Positions 9,846 through 19,759 of a stretch of 64,000 bases of DNA are shown here, piece by piece. The notes under the pieces were generated by a model. The model searched no databases. It was not told the DNA's origin and worked only from the letters and a program-made list of their open reading frames with translations. Source of the stretch: a virus (lineage: Duplodnaviria; Caudoviricetes); IMG/VR virus record IMGVR_UViG_3300021255_002891, positions 19,521-83,520 of that record, one strand, 5' to 3'. Each line of letters begins with the position of its first letter. Position 1 is the stretch's first letter. Both the position numbers and the translations under genes were made by a program.

Positions 9846-10055
9846 TTAGGAAGTTAGCGTTTCATCAAACTTATATTCGATGATAAGCTTTAACATCTTA
9901 CTATTCTCTGTCTTCATTTCAATTAGGCCATCACAAGCGAATGGATGCTTAATATTATCGGTGAAATACAGAGAAATTCCCTTATTATAAACATCCTCAA
10001 CTTCTCTCTCAATTACTGCACTTTTAATCTGATTGTAAAACTTACTTGTTGCCAT
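9846..10055 (-). pseudogene. short or truncated PD-(D/E)xK nuclease-like ORF
   Basis: 69 aa with EREVE...ACDGLI...LIIEYK; TAA TAG stops follow 7 codons after the ExK motif. Confidence 0.45.
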
Positions 10056-10081
10056 ATATTTTCTTTGTTTATTTTACGTTG

Positions 10082-10112
10082 CAAATATACGACAAAAAAA
10101 TGGATTGACAAA
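10082..10112 (-). promoter_or_regulatory. Bacteroidota sigma-A-type promoter
   Basis: TTTG (10109-10112), 19 nt, TATATTTG (10082-10089). Confidence 0.75.
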
Positions 10113-10128
10113 ATTAACCAATCCATTT
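10094..10128 (-). terminator. intrinsic terminator overlapping the promoter
   Basis: RNA UGGAUUGG-loop-UCAAUCCA followed by U7. Confidence 0.7.
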
Positions 10129-10203
10129 CTATTAAATACTTAACATATTTTAATAAAAAGTTAAAGCAACTATATAGGATTTGACCCCAAATAGTTTACA
10201 TTG

Positions 10204-10326
10204 TTATAATATAAATTCAAAAAATGGTATTCCATCTTTCCCAATAAGCCAAACAACCTTAGTATATGGTACATCTTTTTCAACCGATGACCATGTTAAA
10301 CCCATATCTCTATATACGCTTTCCAT
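10204..10326 (-). CDS. small hypothetical protein (40 aa)
   Basis: Translated by hand: MESVYRDMGLTWSSVEKDVPYTKVVWLIGKDGIPFFEFIL; starts 5 nt after the endolysin stop. Confidence 0.45.
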   Translation of the reverse strand: MESVYRDMGLTWSSVEKDVPYTKVVWLIGKDGIPFFEFIL

Positions 10327-10331
10327 AATTA

Positions 10332-10979
10332 TTATTTTTTCAAAGAGTTAAGATAATCTAGAATTCCTTCAATATGAGTCCTAACTGTAGCATGTACACC
10401 TATAGTTGAAGTTAAATACTCCAAGTCATCCTTGTTGTCATAGAAGAAATTCTCAGTCAATACTGCTGGACACTTTGATTTCTTGATGATATAGAAATCA
10501 GCTTCCTTATCCCTATCACCGTCAGTCCAATCAGTTCTTATTTTCCTACCTTCAAAGTTCTTTTCAGCCCTTTTGTAAAGATACTCAGCAAGTGTATCTG
10601 ACTTAGTTTTACCTCTTGTTGTATAAGCTTCCCATCCTTTTGCATTCATCCAGTCATTTCCAAGACCAACTGCATTAGAATGAATTGACACCAATATTAC
10701 ATTACTAGCCCCATACTTATTGCATAATGTATTGACCCTTCTAACTCTTTCAGAAAGCGAAATATCTGTGTCTTCAGGAACCAACAACCTTGCATCATAA
10801 CCATAGGCTTTCAATTCTTCAACAACATCGTCTGCTATGACTCTGTTGTATTTCCACTCACGGAATCTTCCCTTATTGGTAAACTCTGCATCAATTTTCA
10901 TGTCACTCTCTAATAAAGGACTGAATTTTCCGTTCTGCTCTGTATTAGAGCCATGTCCATTGTCAATTAGTATAATCAT
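10332..10979 (-). CDS. N-acetylmuramoyl-L-alanine amidase (Amidase_3), probable endolysin
   Basis: ILIDNGHG, E (REWKYN), SIHSNA, GWEAY and PAVLTENFF zinc-amidase motifs. Start set at MIILID. Confidence 0.9.
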   Translation of the reverse strand: MIILIDNGHGSNTEQNGKFSPLLESDMKIDAEFTNKGRFREWKYNRVIADDVVEELKAYGYDARLLVPEDTDISLSERVRRVNTLCNKYGASNVILVSIHSNAVGLGNDWMNAKGWEAYTTRGKTKSDTLAEYLYKRAEKNFEGRKIRTDWTDGDRDKEADFYIIKKSKCPAVLTENFFYDNKDDLEYLTSTIGVHATVRTHIEGILDYLNSLKK

Positions 10980-11008
10980 AATTTTTTTATATTTTATTAT
11001 TATAAATA

Positions 11009-11040
11009 TTTGCATTTTAACATTATTTTACATATCTTTG
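11009..11040 (+). promoter_or_regulatory. Bacteroidota sigma-A-type promoter
   Basis: TTTG (11009-11012), 20 nt, TATCTTTG (11033-11040). Confidence 0.75.
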
Positions 11041-11055
11041 CAGAAAGTTTAAAAT

Positions 11056-11874
11056 ATGATAAAATGCGTAATACATTGCAGCGATATTCACATAAGGAAC
11101 TTCCAAAGACTTTCAGAATACGCTGAACAGCTTACAAAATTTGTGGAAAAGTGTAATGAAATTGCACAAAACTATGAAAGGGAAGAAATAAGAATTGTGG
11201 TTGCTGGAGACTTGGTACATCAGAAAAACAATATTTCAAACGAACTAATGACTTTCAGCAGTTTCTTTCTAAGACAATTAGAAGAAATAGCCGATGTAAT
11301 AGTTATAGCTGGAAATCACGACCTTTTAGTAAACAACACCTCAAGAACCGACACATTGACGGCATTGTTTGACACTGCTAACTTTACAAACTGTAAGTTC
11401 TTTGACGGAATGCTTAACTATGAAAGCGGAATTATAGAGGACGAAAACATCACATGGGTACTATACTCAATATACAACGGATATAAAGCTCCTGACATCA
11501 GTGAAATCAACAGAGAAGGTAAAACGGTTATAGGGCTGTATCATGGAATGGTTGACGGTGCTAGTCTTAACAACGGAAGCGTTGTGGACAACGGAGTTGA
11601 AGGGTCTTTGTTTGAAGGGTGCGATTTTGTTATGGCTGGTGACATTCATAAACGACAAGTCCTCAAAAGAGGTGATTGTGAAATAGTATATCCAGGTTCT
11701 CTTATCCAACAGACATTCGGTGAAACGGTATCACAACATGGTTTTGTTGTTTGGGACATGGAAAATCTAACATATGAATTCGTTGATTTGGAAACGGATT
11801 ATGGATTATATGACATTGAAATTGAATCTATAGATGATATAGACGAAGACAAAGAAAAACTGATTAACTTTTAA
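11056..11874 (+). CDS. SbcD/Mre11/gp47-like metallophosphoesterase nuclease
   Basis: SDIH, AGDLVH, GNHD, YHG, GDIHK and YPGSLIQQ motifs. Confidence 0.88.
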   Translation: MIKCVIHCSDIHIRNFQRLSEYAEQLTKFVEKCNEIAQNYEREEIRIVVAGDLVHQKNNISNELMTFSSFFLRQLEEIADVIVIAGNHDLLVNNTSRTDTLTALFDTANFTNCKFFDGMLNYESGIIEDENITWVLYSIYNGYKAPDISEINREGKTVIGLYHGMVDGASLNNGSVVDNGVEGSLFEGCDFVMAGDIHKRQVLKRGDCEIVYPGSLIQQTFGETVSQHGFVVWDMENLTYEFVDLETDYGLYDIEIESIDDIDEDKEKLINF

Positions 11875-11876
11875 GG

Positions 11877-12461
11877 TTAATCAGTTTTTATTATTTCTAT
11901 AGTTCCGTTTGAATTATGCTTTAATGCAATTGTTAATTTGTTTTTTGATTTTTCTTGAGTAATAATAATCAAAAATTTAAATTCAAAACCACTTTCTTCT
12001 TCAGAAACTATATTGAGCTTAGTTTTAGTATATGATACATTCAAATTATAAGGCTTTCCGTCATATTCAACACTCCAAGGATGATTTTTTCCATTGACTT
12101 TTGACACTACATTAATTTTTATTGTTTCTGATTCTGTTGTAACTTTTCCTAGTTTAAATGTATACACCTTTTCTTTAATAGCTTCTTGATTAGGAAGTAT
12201 TTTTATTAAAATGGAATCTTTTTTACTATTTTTTAAAGTCACTAATGCTTCATTTTTAAAAGTTTCAAGATTATTAATTTTAATTGTTAATCTATTCCTA
12301 TAGTCAGTATAATATGAAACCCCCCCACCATTAGCAAACGAAACAGACCATGATAAAAACATATCACCATCAAAAGATTCAACGTTCAATATATATTCAT
12401 CATCAAATGATTGGTTTAAATCTAAAATATATTCTTTTATTGCATTATTAACTTTAATCAT
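11877..12461 (-). CDS. hypothetical protein (last gene of the structural block)
   Basis: Beta-rich ORF; ATG at 12461 preferred over the TTG at 12485. Confidence 0.7.
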   Translation of the reverse strand: MIKVNNAIKEYILDLNQSFDDEYILNVESFDGDMFLSWSVSFANGGGVSYYTDYRNRLTIKINNLETFKNEALVTLKNSKKDSILIKILPNQEAIKEKVYTFKLGKVTTESETIKINVVSKVNGKNHPWSVEYDGKPYNLNVSYTKTKLNIVSEEESGFEFKFLIIITQEKSKNKLTIALKHNSNGTIEIIKTD

Positions 12462-12472
12462 ATAACTAAATG

Positions 12473-14797
12473 TTATGGACAACAAACAGAACTATCTGTT
12501 TGTTTTATTCTTACATTTCTTATTTCTCCAGTAGGTATCCACTCGCCATGCTCATCTTGTATTTCTTCACGTTCAAATTCATAGAGGTTACAATCTGCAC
12601 TACCCAATTTAAATGCAACTGTTCCACCATTGTAATCCATCATATCAGAACCACTTTGAATTGTTAAGCTACAATTACAAGTTTCTTTTACAACTTCACA
12701 ACATCCTGTGTCAGCAGTCCATCTACTTGCAACTTCTCCGTTTAATTCTTTCATTTCGCCACACCAAATGCTAATTGTTGATGGGTTAAATGTATAACCA
12801 ACCCTATATGGTTCTGCCACCAAATAACGAGTAGTTACACTAGTTGAATATACTGCAATTCCATCCAAAACTGTTATTGTACCTAACAATGTCTTCGGAG
12901 TAGTTTCTGGATTATAAAATTTAACGCTAGTTGCATTTGTTTTTAATGTAACTGTACATACATAACCGCATTCAGTTGAATTTTCTTGAATAAGTCCACC
13001 AAGTCTAGTTTCAACTGGATTAGATGTATGCCAAATTAAATTATCATCCTCATCATAATCGCCATATGAAACTTCTTTAACTTCATTGTTGTGTAAATTT
13101 ACCCCATCGCAAGTAGTTCCACTAACAACCCATCTAGTTAATTGTCCTTCTGGTACAGGGCAACAAATAGGACTTTCTTCTTCAATAACTTTTCTTTCGC
13201 CAATTTCTTTTGTATCTGGATGTCTTATCTCACCAGTAGGCTTCCAATTTTCATTAATTGGGTCATACTTATATTCTTTTTCATAAGCATAATAGCCACA
13301 ATCACTATTACCTACAGCAAATGAAACTGTTCCGCCATAAAACTCCATCATTTCTTGTCCACTTTCAACTGTTAAACTACAGTTACAATCGTCACTTTCA
13401 CAGCACCCTTCATAATATTCCCATTTATTATCTGGCAACACTCCACAACAAACTGTATACGGTGGTTCATTTCCTTCCCAAGCTGAATGTTCTGGACTTT
13501 TCTTATCTTCAGGTTCCTCTCTTTCCCACTTCTCATAGGCAAGTATATAAGCTTCACAAGCTGTTGATGGATATAACACTCCATTAACAGTATGATGTTC
13601 CCTACTTTCGCCACTCCATACGTAGTAGCCATCACTTGCCTCCATCCAAGCAGCATAAGCTTCATCTAAAACCTCGTATTCAGCATAAGTATCCCACCAT
13701 TCTATGTGTTCTTTCCACCACTCTTGATGGTCAATTTCCCACTGAGGGTGCGCTACATCATGCCAATAGTTCCAATCTGTCTGCCATTGTGCATGGTCAA
13801 TTTCCCATTGAGCATATGCTGCTTCATATTCTTCTTGAGTAACATATTGGTATCTCTTCGGCTCAACAGGCTCTATTGGCTCAATCGGTTCAATAGGCTC
13901 ACTTTCAATCCATATCCTATATGACTCATAACACATTGGTGAATTTTGCCTTATAAGTGTGTCTCTATAATCGTCAGTCGTTTGCCAACATCTTTTTTCA
14001 CTACAGCTGCACTCACTAGTAGGGGTGCATGTTTTTAATACCTCTTTTTGGAATCTGTCACAGTTCTCTTCATTACAAAAGTATTCAACAACAATCCATT
14101 TGCTTTGTTCTCTAGCATATCCACAATGTTCAGAATTAACCTCAATCAATTTTCTATCAACGCCACCAGTATTTTCCCAAACACCTGTTTCTTTGTTTAA
14201 ACGTTGTTGCGTCCTTATTTCGTAAAAATCAAATCCTGTACACCCAGTATTAGTAACCCACCTATATTCTCCATCTGGAGGAACATCGGTACAATCACTT
14301 GAATGAACTTCAAGCAATTCTTTATTTACTGCTCCAGTATATACATAACTTAATCCACCATCATAAGAAACTTTTTGTGCATAAATTTTATACTTATCAT
14401 ATCCGATACATGTTGTGCCACTTTCATCCCATTTATATATAGGGGAGCTAGGTGAACCACAGCCACAATATGTTGAATTTGCCTCCACGAAATCGGTATA
14501 TTCTATCCCAGTAGGTCTATAGTTCTCACCATTATCATACGACACGGTTTGAGAACTAACTATATATTTATCACATCCAGAGCAAGTATATCCTGTATCC
14601 CATTTATATATAGGAGGAGTTGGAGTAACAATTTCAGGGCAATCGCTAGAATTTTCTTCAGTAGTTATTTTTTGTGATACAACTATCCATGACGCAAAAT
14701 CATCATAAGACACTAACGTTTGCGATGTTGTTACCTTAGTCTGGCGTGACGCACTCCCACTCCTCAACTTGTTTTTCTTGTTTATTGCTTTGCTCAT
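12473..14797 (-). CDS. Cys-rich repeat protein, probably a tail fibre or other virion appendage
   Basis: Repeats of about 50 aa (Y.W...C.G.DKY...Q.VSYD.G...TG...E.NS..C), a duplicated CNCSLT..SG..MM...GGTV module and an EPI tandem repeat; lies in the structural operon. Confidence 0.65.
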   Translation of the reverse strand: MSKAINKKNKLRSGSASRQTKVTTSQTLVSYDDFASWIVVSQKITTEENSSDCPEIVTPTPPIYKWDTGYTCSGCDKYIVSSQTVSYDNGENYRPTGIEYTDFVEANSTYCGCGSPSSPIYKWDESGTTCIGYDKYKIYAQKVSYDGGLSYVYTGAVNKELLEVHSSDCTDVPPDGEYRWVTNTGCTGFDFYEIRTQQRLNKETGVWENTGGVDRKLIEVNSEHCGYAREQSKWIVVEYFCNEENCDRFQKEVLKTCTPTSECSCSEKRCWQTTDDYRDTLIRQNSPMCYESYRIWIESEPIEPIEPIEPVEPKRYQYVTQEEYEAAYAQWEIDHAQWQTDWNYWHDVAHPQWEIDHQEWWKEHIEWWDTYAEYEVLDEAYAAWMEASDGYYVWSGESREHHTVNGVLYPSTACEAYILAYEKWEREEPEDKKSPEHSAWEGNEPPYTVCCGVLPDNKWEYYEGCCESDDCNCSLTVESGQEMMEFYGGTVSFAVGNSDCGYYAYEKEYKYDPINENWKPTGEIRHPDTKEIGERKVIEEESPICCPVPEGQLTRWVVSGTTCDGVNLHNNEVKEVSYGDYDEDDNLIWHTSNPVETRLGGLIQENSTECGYVCTVTLKTNATSVKFYNPETTPKTLLGTITVLDGIAVYSTSVTTRYLVAEPYRVGYTFNPSTISIWCGEMKELNGEVASRWTADTGCCEVVKETCNCSLTIQSGSDMMDYNGGTVAFKLGSADCNLYEFEREEIQDEHGEWIPTGEIRNVRIKQTDSSVCCP

Positions 14798-17700
14798 TAT
14801 CTTTATAGTATATATCAACAATTACTGTAGAAGGTAACATTTGTGTTAAATAATTCATCACAATGTTATCCAAATATTTGACTTCTGTTTGTCCAGAATT
14901 TGAATACCAATTCTTTGATTTCAAATTAAATATAATTGACAGCCTCTTGTTGTTCATAATTTGATTTGTGGATTCATCTATAATATCTTTGTTTATTACT
15001 TCTGCTGTCACAAGTTCATCATTCCATAGTTTAAACTTTTTATCAGTTTGAATATCAATGATTGGATTTGTGCTCGTTCCACTAGGTATTGTTAATGTAG
15101 TAGAAGGTGTTTCACTAGTAACTGCTTCCTTTGGAATCCATTTTTTTTTAGTTTCATCGAATACATGGTCTAGTTTAATGGTTTTATCACTAAAACCAAC
15201 AGCATAATCTTTCAATGTATAACTAATCACAGAACCACTATATTCACTATAATCATTTATATACCTTATTTCGTCATTATAGATTTTTTCTTGGTTTTCT
15301 CCATATATATAGATTTTACCTATCTCATTAGCATCTGTACCTACGCTACCTTTTCTAGTTTTATAATTTCCGAAATAACGTATTTTAGTATCACCAGATA
15401 TTAAAAATGGAGTATAATGTTTAATTAATTCGTTTTTGTCAATTAGCCCATTAAAACCGCAACTATTTATCTCAACTAAATAATCGCTATACTCTTCACC
15501 TGTATATTCATTTGTGTAACTAACATCATTAAAACATCTTTCATCAAATAGCCTATTATCATGAGCATGTTTGAATATTCTATTGAAATACGTGAAATAT
15601 TCATGTCCTGAATCGTAAATCATTTTACCATTATGAGGGTTATTTCCCTTATAATAGTTTTCAATTGTATTAACCTTCAAATAATCACAGTCATAGTTTT
15701 TTAACCTTTTCCAACCATATGTCCAACTCTCATTTTTCTTGTTAATCAAAGTGTCACTAAAATCAACATTCTCCAACAAGAAATAATTGGTATCATCATC
15801 TTCGCTTGTTACCATGTTAAATGAATTGGTAACATAATTACTTTCACTTGATTTGCAAACAAACTGTGGGCTTTGATTTTCAAAAATATACGCTTTCAAA
15901 ACCATTCCATCTTTCATGTTAGCCACGTCACGTTCAACCTCATGGCCATTTCTATCATATACGATAATATTTTTGTCGAAATACATTCCATAAGTGGCTC
16001 TAATAAACCCATCAGATTTAACTAACTCGATATATTTTAATGGCTCATTTTCATTAGTTTCATTATATTCATACTTGATGTCATAAACAGTATTTCCTAT
16101 AACTGCAATATCTTTCTCAATTTTAGCGACATATACAATTACACCATTATATAGTTCATTTTTTGGTATTGCTAATAATTCTTTAATATTATCAACCAAT
16201 CTTATATTTCTAATTGTCTCTTTAAATAATGGTCTGTTATCAATAATTGTGTTGTTTTCATCAGTATATCCACTATCTATTCTATTAGTAAAAACAACAT
16301 TATCATCTAAATCAAATTGGAAATTATAAATATTCTTATCGCTACCTATTGACTTAGAAAGCCATCCTCCATCCATCTGGAAATATGGATTACCGTCTAA
16401 TTGCTCATCTTTATTGAATTGAGGGTAAAGATACCTTCTCTTAACTGGAGCATTGTTTCTACTTATTTCTTTAAATGCTTCAGTTGAAGATGATGTTGTT
16501 TGAATTGTACCTGTCCATGAATAATCCAATGCTTGAACCTTAATATAAGGAGAATAATTAGTAGCAGAACTAACAAACTTATCACTATATTCATATTCAT
16601 CCCTATAAGCTACAGGAATTCCTTGATACGTCAAATAATTTAGTCTGTCTGCTCCATTAGTATTATACTTTGACACAGTTCTGTAATCGTAAGTGATTGT
16701 CTTAGTAGAGTTTAGCCAATCAATTCTATACATTTGGTGTGACGCATCCCATTGTTCTTCAATTCTATTGGTAAAAGAAGAATATTCTACAATTTCATAG
16801 TCGTAAGCATTTTTATTGTTTTTGTACTTACAATTATTGTTCGCTTCAACCCATCTTTTACTTTTTAAACCGAACATTCCTAATATCATTTCAATACCTT
16901 CAACTGTTCCTTTATTGCGCCAGATATAAGGAGAATTAATCTTTAACCTCCTCAAAAACTCATTGTTTGCTTCTAAATATGAATATTGCCTTTCATCAGT
17001 AAAAGATTTAACTCTATACTTTAAACGGTTATCAAGTTTACAACCGCATTCTTCTTCTTCATCTGATTCTTTGGCAGTTCCATCATAATAAGTTGAACCT
17101 GAAGCCTTTAAGAACTTGTACTGAGAACCAACATAACCGCAAGACACATCTTGTACAAAACTAGTATCACCGTCACAAGTAAGGACAAAATAGCCATCTT
17201 TAACGCTTGAAGGTAGGTTTTCTTTAGAATAAGGAATTACTTTTTCATCAGACGTTTGTGAAAATTGTCTCATGAAATATCTACTCCCAACAGAATTCTC
17301 TAATTGTGATTTTAAGGTATAAGTCGTATTTTCACTTCTATCATTTAAAAATACTTCCTTTAAACCATAAGGTATTACAAGTTTAACATCCCAACCAGAG
17401 TCAGTTACTGTATCAGTTAGGAAATAATCTGGTAAGTTGTTTCTTTCATCATATGATATGTTATTGGAATTTGCTATATTGTCTATATATGATTTAATTT
17501 CATCAAACTCTCTAGCAAAAAGTCTCAATGTTTTCTGTATTTTTTCGCCGCCAAAAACATATTCTTGCTCATCACCTTCATAGAACTCACGAGTAAATGT
17601 CCAGTCAAAATTCTTGATTGCCTCATGGGTCATAGACCTATATAAATTGTCGGTAAAATACTCGTCATAATATGCGCCTATCTCAGCTAATCTTGTTGTA

Positions 17701-18827
17701 TATGTATTAAATCCATACTCAGATATATCTAAGTTGTAACCACCTTCAGCAGTAGGAAATACGAACTCTTCCATTTCTCTGTAATAGCCGTAATCATTTT
17801 CTTTGATTACAGAGAAAATAGCTTTATATTTAGGAGTTGTTTTCCTGTTTAATATAATTTTTTCAAAATTATCACATTCGTTATAAAACTTAGAAATATA
17901 TTTCTCTGTTGGCCTTATGTGAATAGTAGTGTTTCCACTATAAAGGTAGCATAATTCATCACCCAACCAAGCTTCTATCTCAACATTTCCATCAGTAGTA
18001 CCAATAGTTATAACTGCCGCTTTCTCTCCCTTACAAGGATATGGTGTTCCACTAGTTTCACTTGTGACTTTGGTTTCGCTAGTGTCCTTTGTGGTTGCGC
18101 TATAGTTTATGTATTGTTTTGTCTTTTTATCATACTCAAAATAATAATAATCAACATCCCAACTAGTGATTTCAATAGGATTTTCTTCATCATCATTTTC
18201 GATAATTTCATAGTTTTTATATCCTTCCTCTGCAAAGTATTTTAAAAAATCACCATCTTTAGGCATAGATATACTATGAATGTTTATTCCATAAGGATTA
18301 AACACATACTTTAAGTTTTCATTACCCAATAAAGTCTTTTCAACATCATCGTAATATTCACCGATTTCTTTTGTTGTACCACTAGTATAATAAGCATTTG
18401 GATTGTCTTTTGACAAATACAATTCTCCAGGAAATCTTTGTGCCAAATCTATAATAGCAGCCCTAAACATTTCAGACAATGAACCATAATAAGCAAAATC
18501 ATTAAAGTCATAATAATCTTGCTTCAATACAATTTTTACATCATTTTCATCTTCAAATGGAGAAACCATTTCATCAACATTTTCAAGAGTCCATATAGTG
18601 CCCTCTGAGTTTTCATACCATTTTGGTTTATTGAATTGGTTTCTGATTCTTCCATCATTCCTTACAGAAATGATGAAATTGTTGCTACGATATATTGGCA
18701 CTTGTCCAGGAGAGAACTGGTTAACACCACCAATCGTTGTAATGTCACGTTCCCATATTGTTCCATCTGAAACTGTCTGATGTTTTGATTTCAAAACATA
18801 GTTTGAATGAGATTTAATTAAAGCCAT
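14736..18827 (-). CDS. large putative tail/baseplate structural protein (1363 aa)
   Basis: Long intact ORF co-oriented in the baseplate block. KGTVEGIEMIL and a C-terminal QMLPST resemble baseplate wedge-type segments. Confidence 0.65.
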   Translation of the reverse strand: MALIKSHSNYVLKSKHQTVSDGTIWERDITTIGGVNQFSPGQVPIYRSNNFIISVRNDGRIRNQFNKPKWYENSEGTIWTLENVDEMVSPFEDENDVKIVLKQDYYDFNDFAYYGSLSEMFRAAIIDLAQRFPGELYLSKDNPNAYYTSGTTKEIGEYYDDVEKTLLGNENLKYVFNPYGINIHSISMPKDGDFLKYFAEEGYKNYEIIENDDEENPIEITSWDVDYYYFEYDKKTKQYINYSATTKDTSETKVTSETSGTPYPCKGEKAAVITIGTTDGNVEIEAWLGDELCYLYSGNTTIHIRPTEKYISKFYNECDNFEKIILNRKTTPKYKAIFSVIKENDYGYYREMEEFVFPTAEGGYNLDISEYGFNTYTTRLAEIGAYYDEYFTDNLYRSMTHEAIKNFDWTFTREFYEGDEQEYVFGGEKIQKTLRLFAREFDEIKSYIDNIANSNNISYDERNNLPDYFLTDTVTDSGWDVKLVIPYGLKEVFLNDRSENTTYTLKSQLENSVGSRYFMRQFSQTSDEKVIPYSKENLPSSVKDGYFVLTCDGDTSFVQDVSCGYVGSQYKFLKASGSTYYDGTAKESDEEEECGCKLDNRLKYRVKSFTDERQYSYLEANNEFLRRLKINSPYIWRNKGTVEGIEMILGMFGLKSKRWVEANNNCKYKNNKNAYDYEIVEYSSFTNRIEEQWDASHQMYRIDWLNSTKTITYDYRTVSKYNTNGADRLNYLTYQGIPVAYRDEYEYSDKFVSSATNYSPYIKVQALDYSWTGTIQTTSSSTEAFKEISRNNAPVKRRYLYPQFNKDEQLDGNPYFQMDGGWLSKSIGSDKNIYNFQFDLDDNVVFTNRIDSGYTDENNTIIDNRPLFKETIRNIRLVDNIKELLAIPKNELYNGVIVYVAKIEKDIAVIGNTVYDIKYEYNETNENEPLKYIELVKSDGFIRATYGMYFDKNIIVYDRNGHEVERDVANMKDGMVLKAYIFENQSPQFVCKSSESNYVTNSFNMVTSEDDDTNYFLLENVDFSDTLINKKNESWTYGWKRLKNYDCDYLKVNTIENYYKGNNPHNGKMIYDSGHEYFTYFNRIFKHAHDNRLFDERCFNDVSYTNEYTGEEYSDYLVEINSCGFNGLIDKNELIKHYTPFLISGDTKIRYFGNYKTRKGSVGTDANEIGKIYIYGENQEKIYNDEIRYINDYSEYSGSVISYTLKDYAVGFSDKTIKLDHVFDETKKKWIPKEAVTSETPSTTLTIPSGTSTNPIIDIQTDKKFKLWNDELVTAEVINKDIIDESTNQIMNNKRLSIIFNLKSKNWYSNSGQTEVKYLDNIVMNYLTQMLPSTVIVDIYYKDNEQSNKQEKQVEEWECVTPD

Positions 18828-18829
18828 AA

Positions 18830-19747
18830 TTATCCTATTTTATCGCTAATGGTTTGACTGAAATCAATATTGTTATTTTTGTTTTGTTTTACCTCATAAA
18901 CTGGATTGCCAGTGTATTGGTCTTTAAGTGTAAAGTGTTCTGCTTGATGATATATTTCATTGTTATCATTATAAGTTGTAACAACTCCATTATCCAAATC
19001 TCTCAACTGGCTATTTTCAAGCATATAACTAATTGTATCTACATCATGCGTGGTTAACTCAATATCTATTTGTATTGGTTCAAACCAAGTATTTACCAAC
19101 AAAATCCTTTGTGTTGGTTTACCGATATAAGGCGCTGCATTATCTTTAAATGTTGGCGCAGATGAAGGAGAAACAGTAACGAATATTAAACTAGAGCTGT
19201 CTTCATAACGGTATGTATATGATTTATCACTAGAGCTGTTAGGAGCTTGTACTACTGGTTCACATTTATTATTGCTAGTAATTATTCTATAAAAATCTTG
19301 CCTTCTTGAACTTTCATCAAGATATATAATCCTGTATCCAACAAGTTCATTGTTAGACCTAGCTAAAACTTTAACAGTGTCATCTTTAATCTGTTCGGTA
19401 TCAATCACAAGACCCCTTACATTTGGAAATGCTGTAAGGTTGCCAACATCAGTTATAACAGTTTCTATCTCTCTTGGCTTGATATAAACAGTATAAAATC
19501 CCTTTTTATTGAACTCACTAATAGGAAGCTGTAAGTTATACATTCCCTCTATTATATTATCGGCATCTGTAGTAGATATATCTCTAACTGCTTGAGTTAA
19601 TAAAGTGCTATCCAATTCCTTATATCTCATATTAGTAATGGAATCATAAGACATACTTTCGTGATAACAATAAGAAATATCAACCAAGCTAGGTATATGT
19701 CCGTTGCTAATGTTTATTGGTATTGTCGTTCCATATGCTCCAATCAT
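18830..19747 (-). CDS. putative baseplate/tail structural protein (305 aa)
   Basis: Intact ORF with 2-12 nt gaps to its neighbours in the structural block. Confidence 0.6.
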   Translation of the reverse strand: MIGAYGTTIPINISNGHIPSLVDISYCYHESMSYDSITNMRYKELDSTLLTQAVRDISTTDADNIIEGMYNLQLPISEFNKKGFYTVYIKPREIETVITDVGNLTAFPNVRGLVIDTEQIKDDTVKVLARSNNELVGYRIIYLDESSRRQDFYRIITSNNKCEPVVQAPNSSSDKSYTYRYEDSSSLIFVTVSPSSAPTFKDNAAPYIGKPTQRILLVNTWFEPIQIDIELTTHDVDTISYMLENSQLRDLDNGVVTTYNDNNEIYHQAEHFTLKDQYTGNPVYEVKQNKNNNIDFSQTISDKIG

Positions 19748-19759
19748 ATTCGTTTGTTT

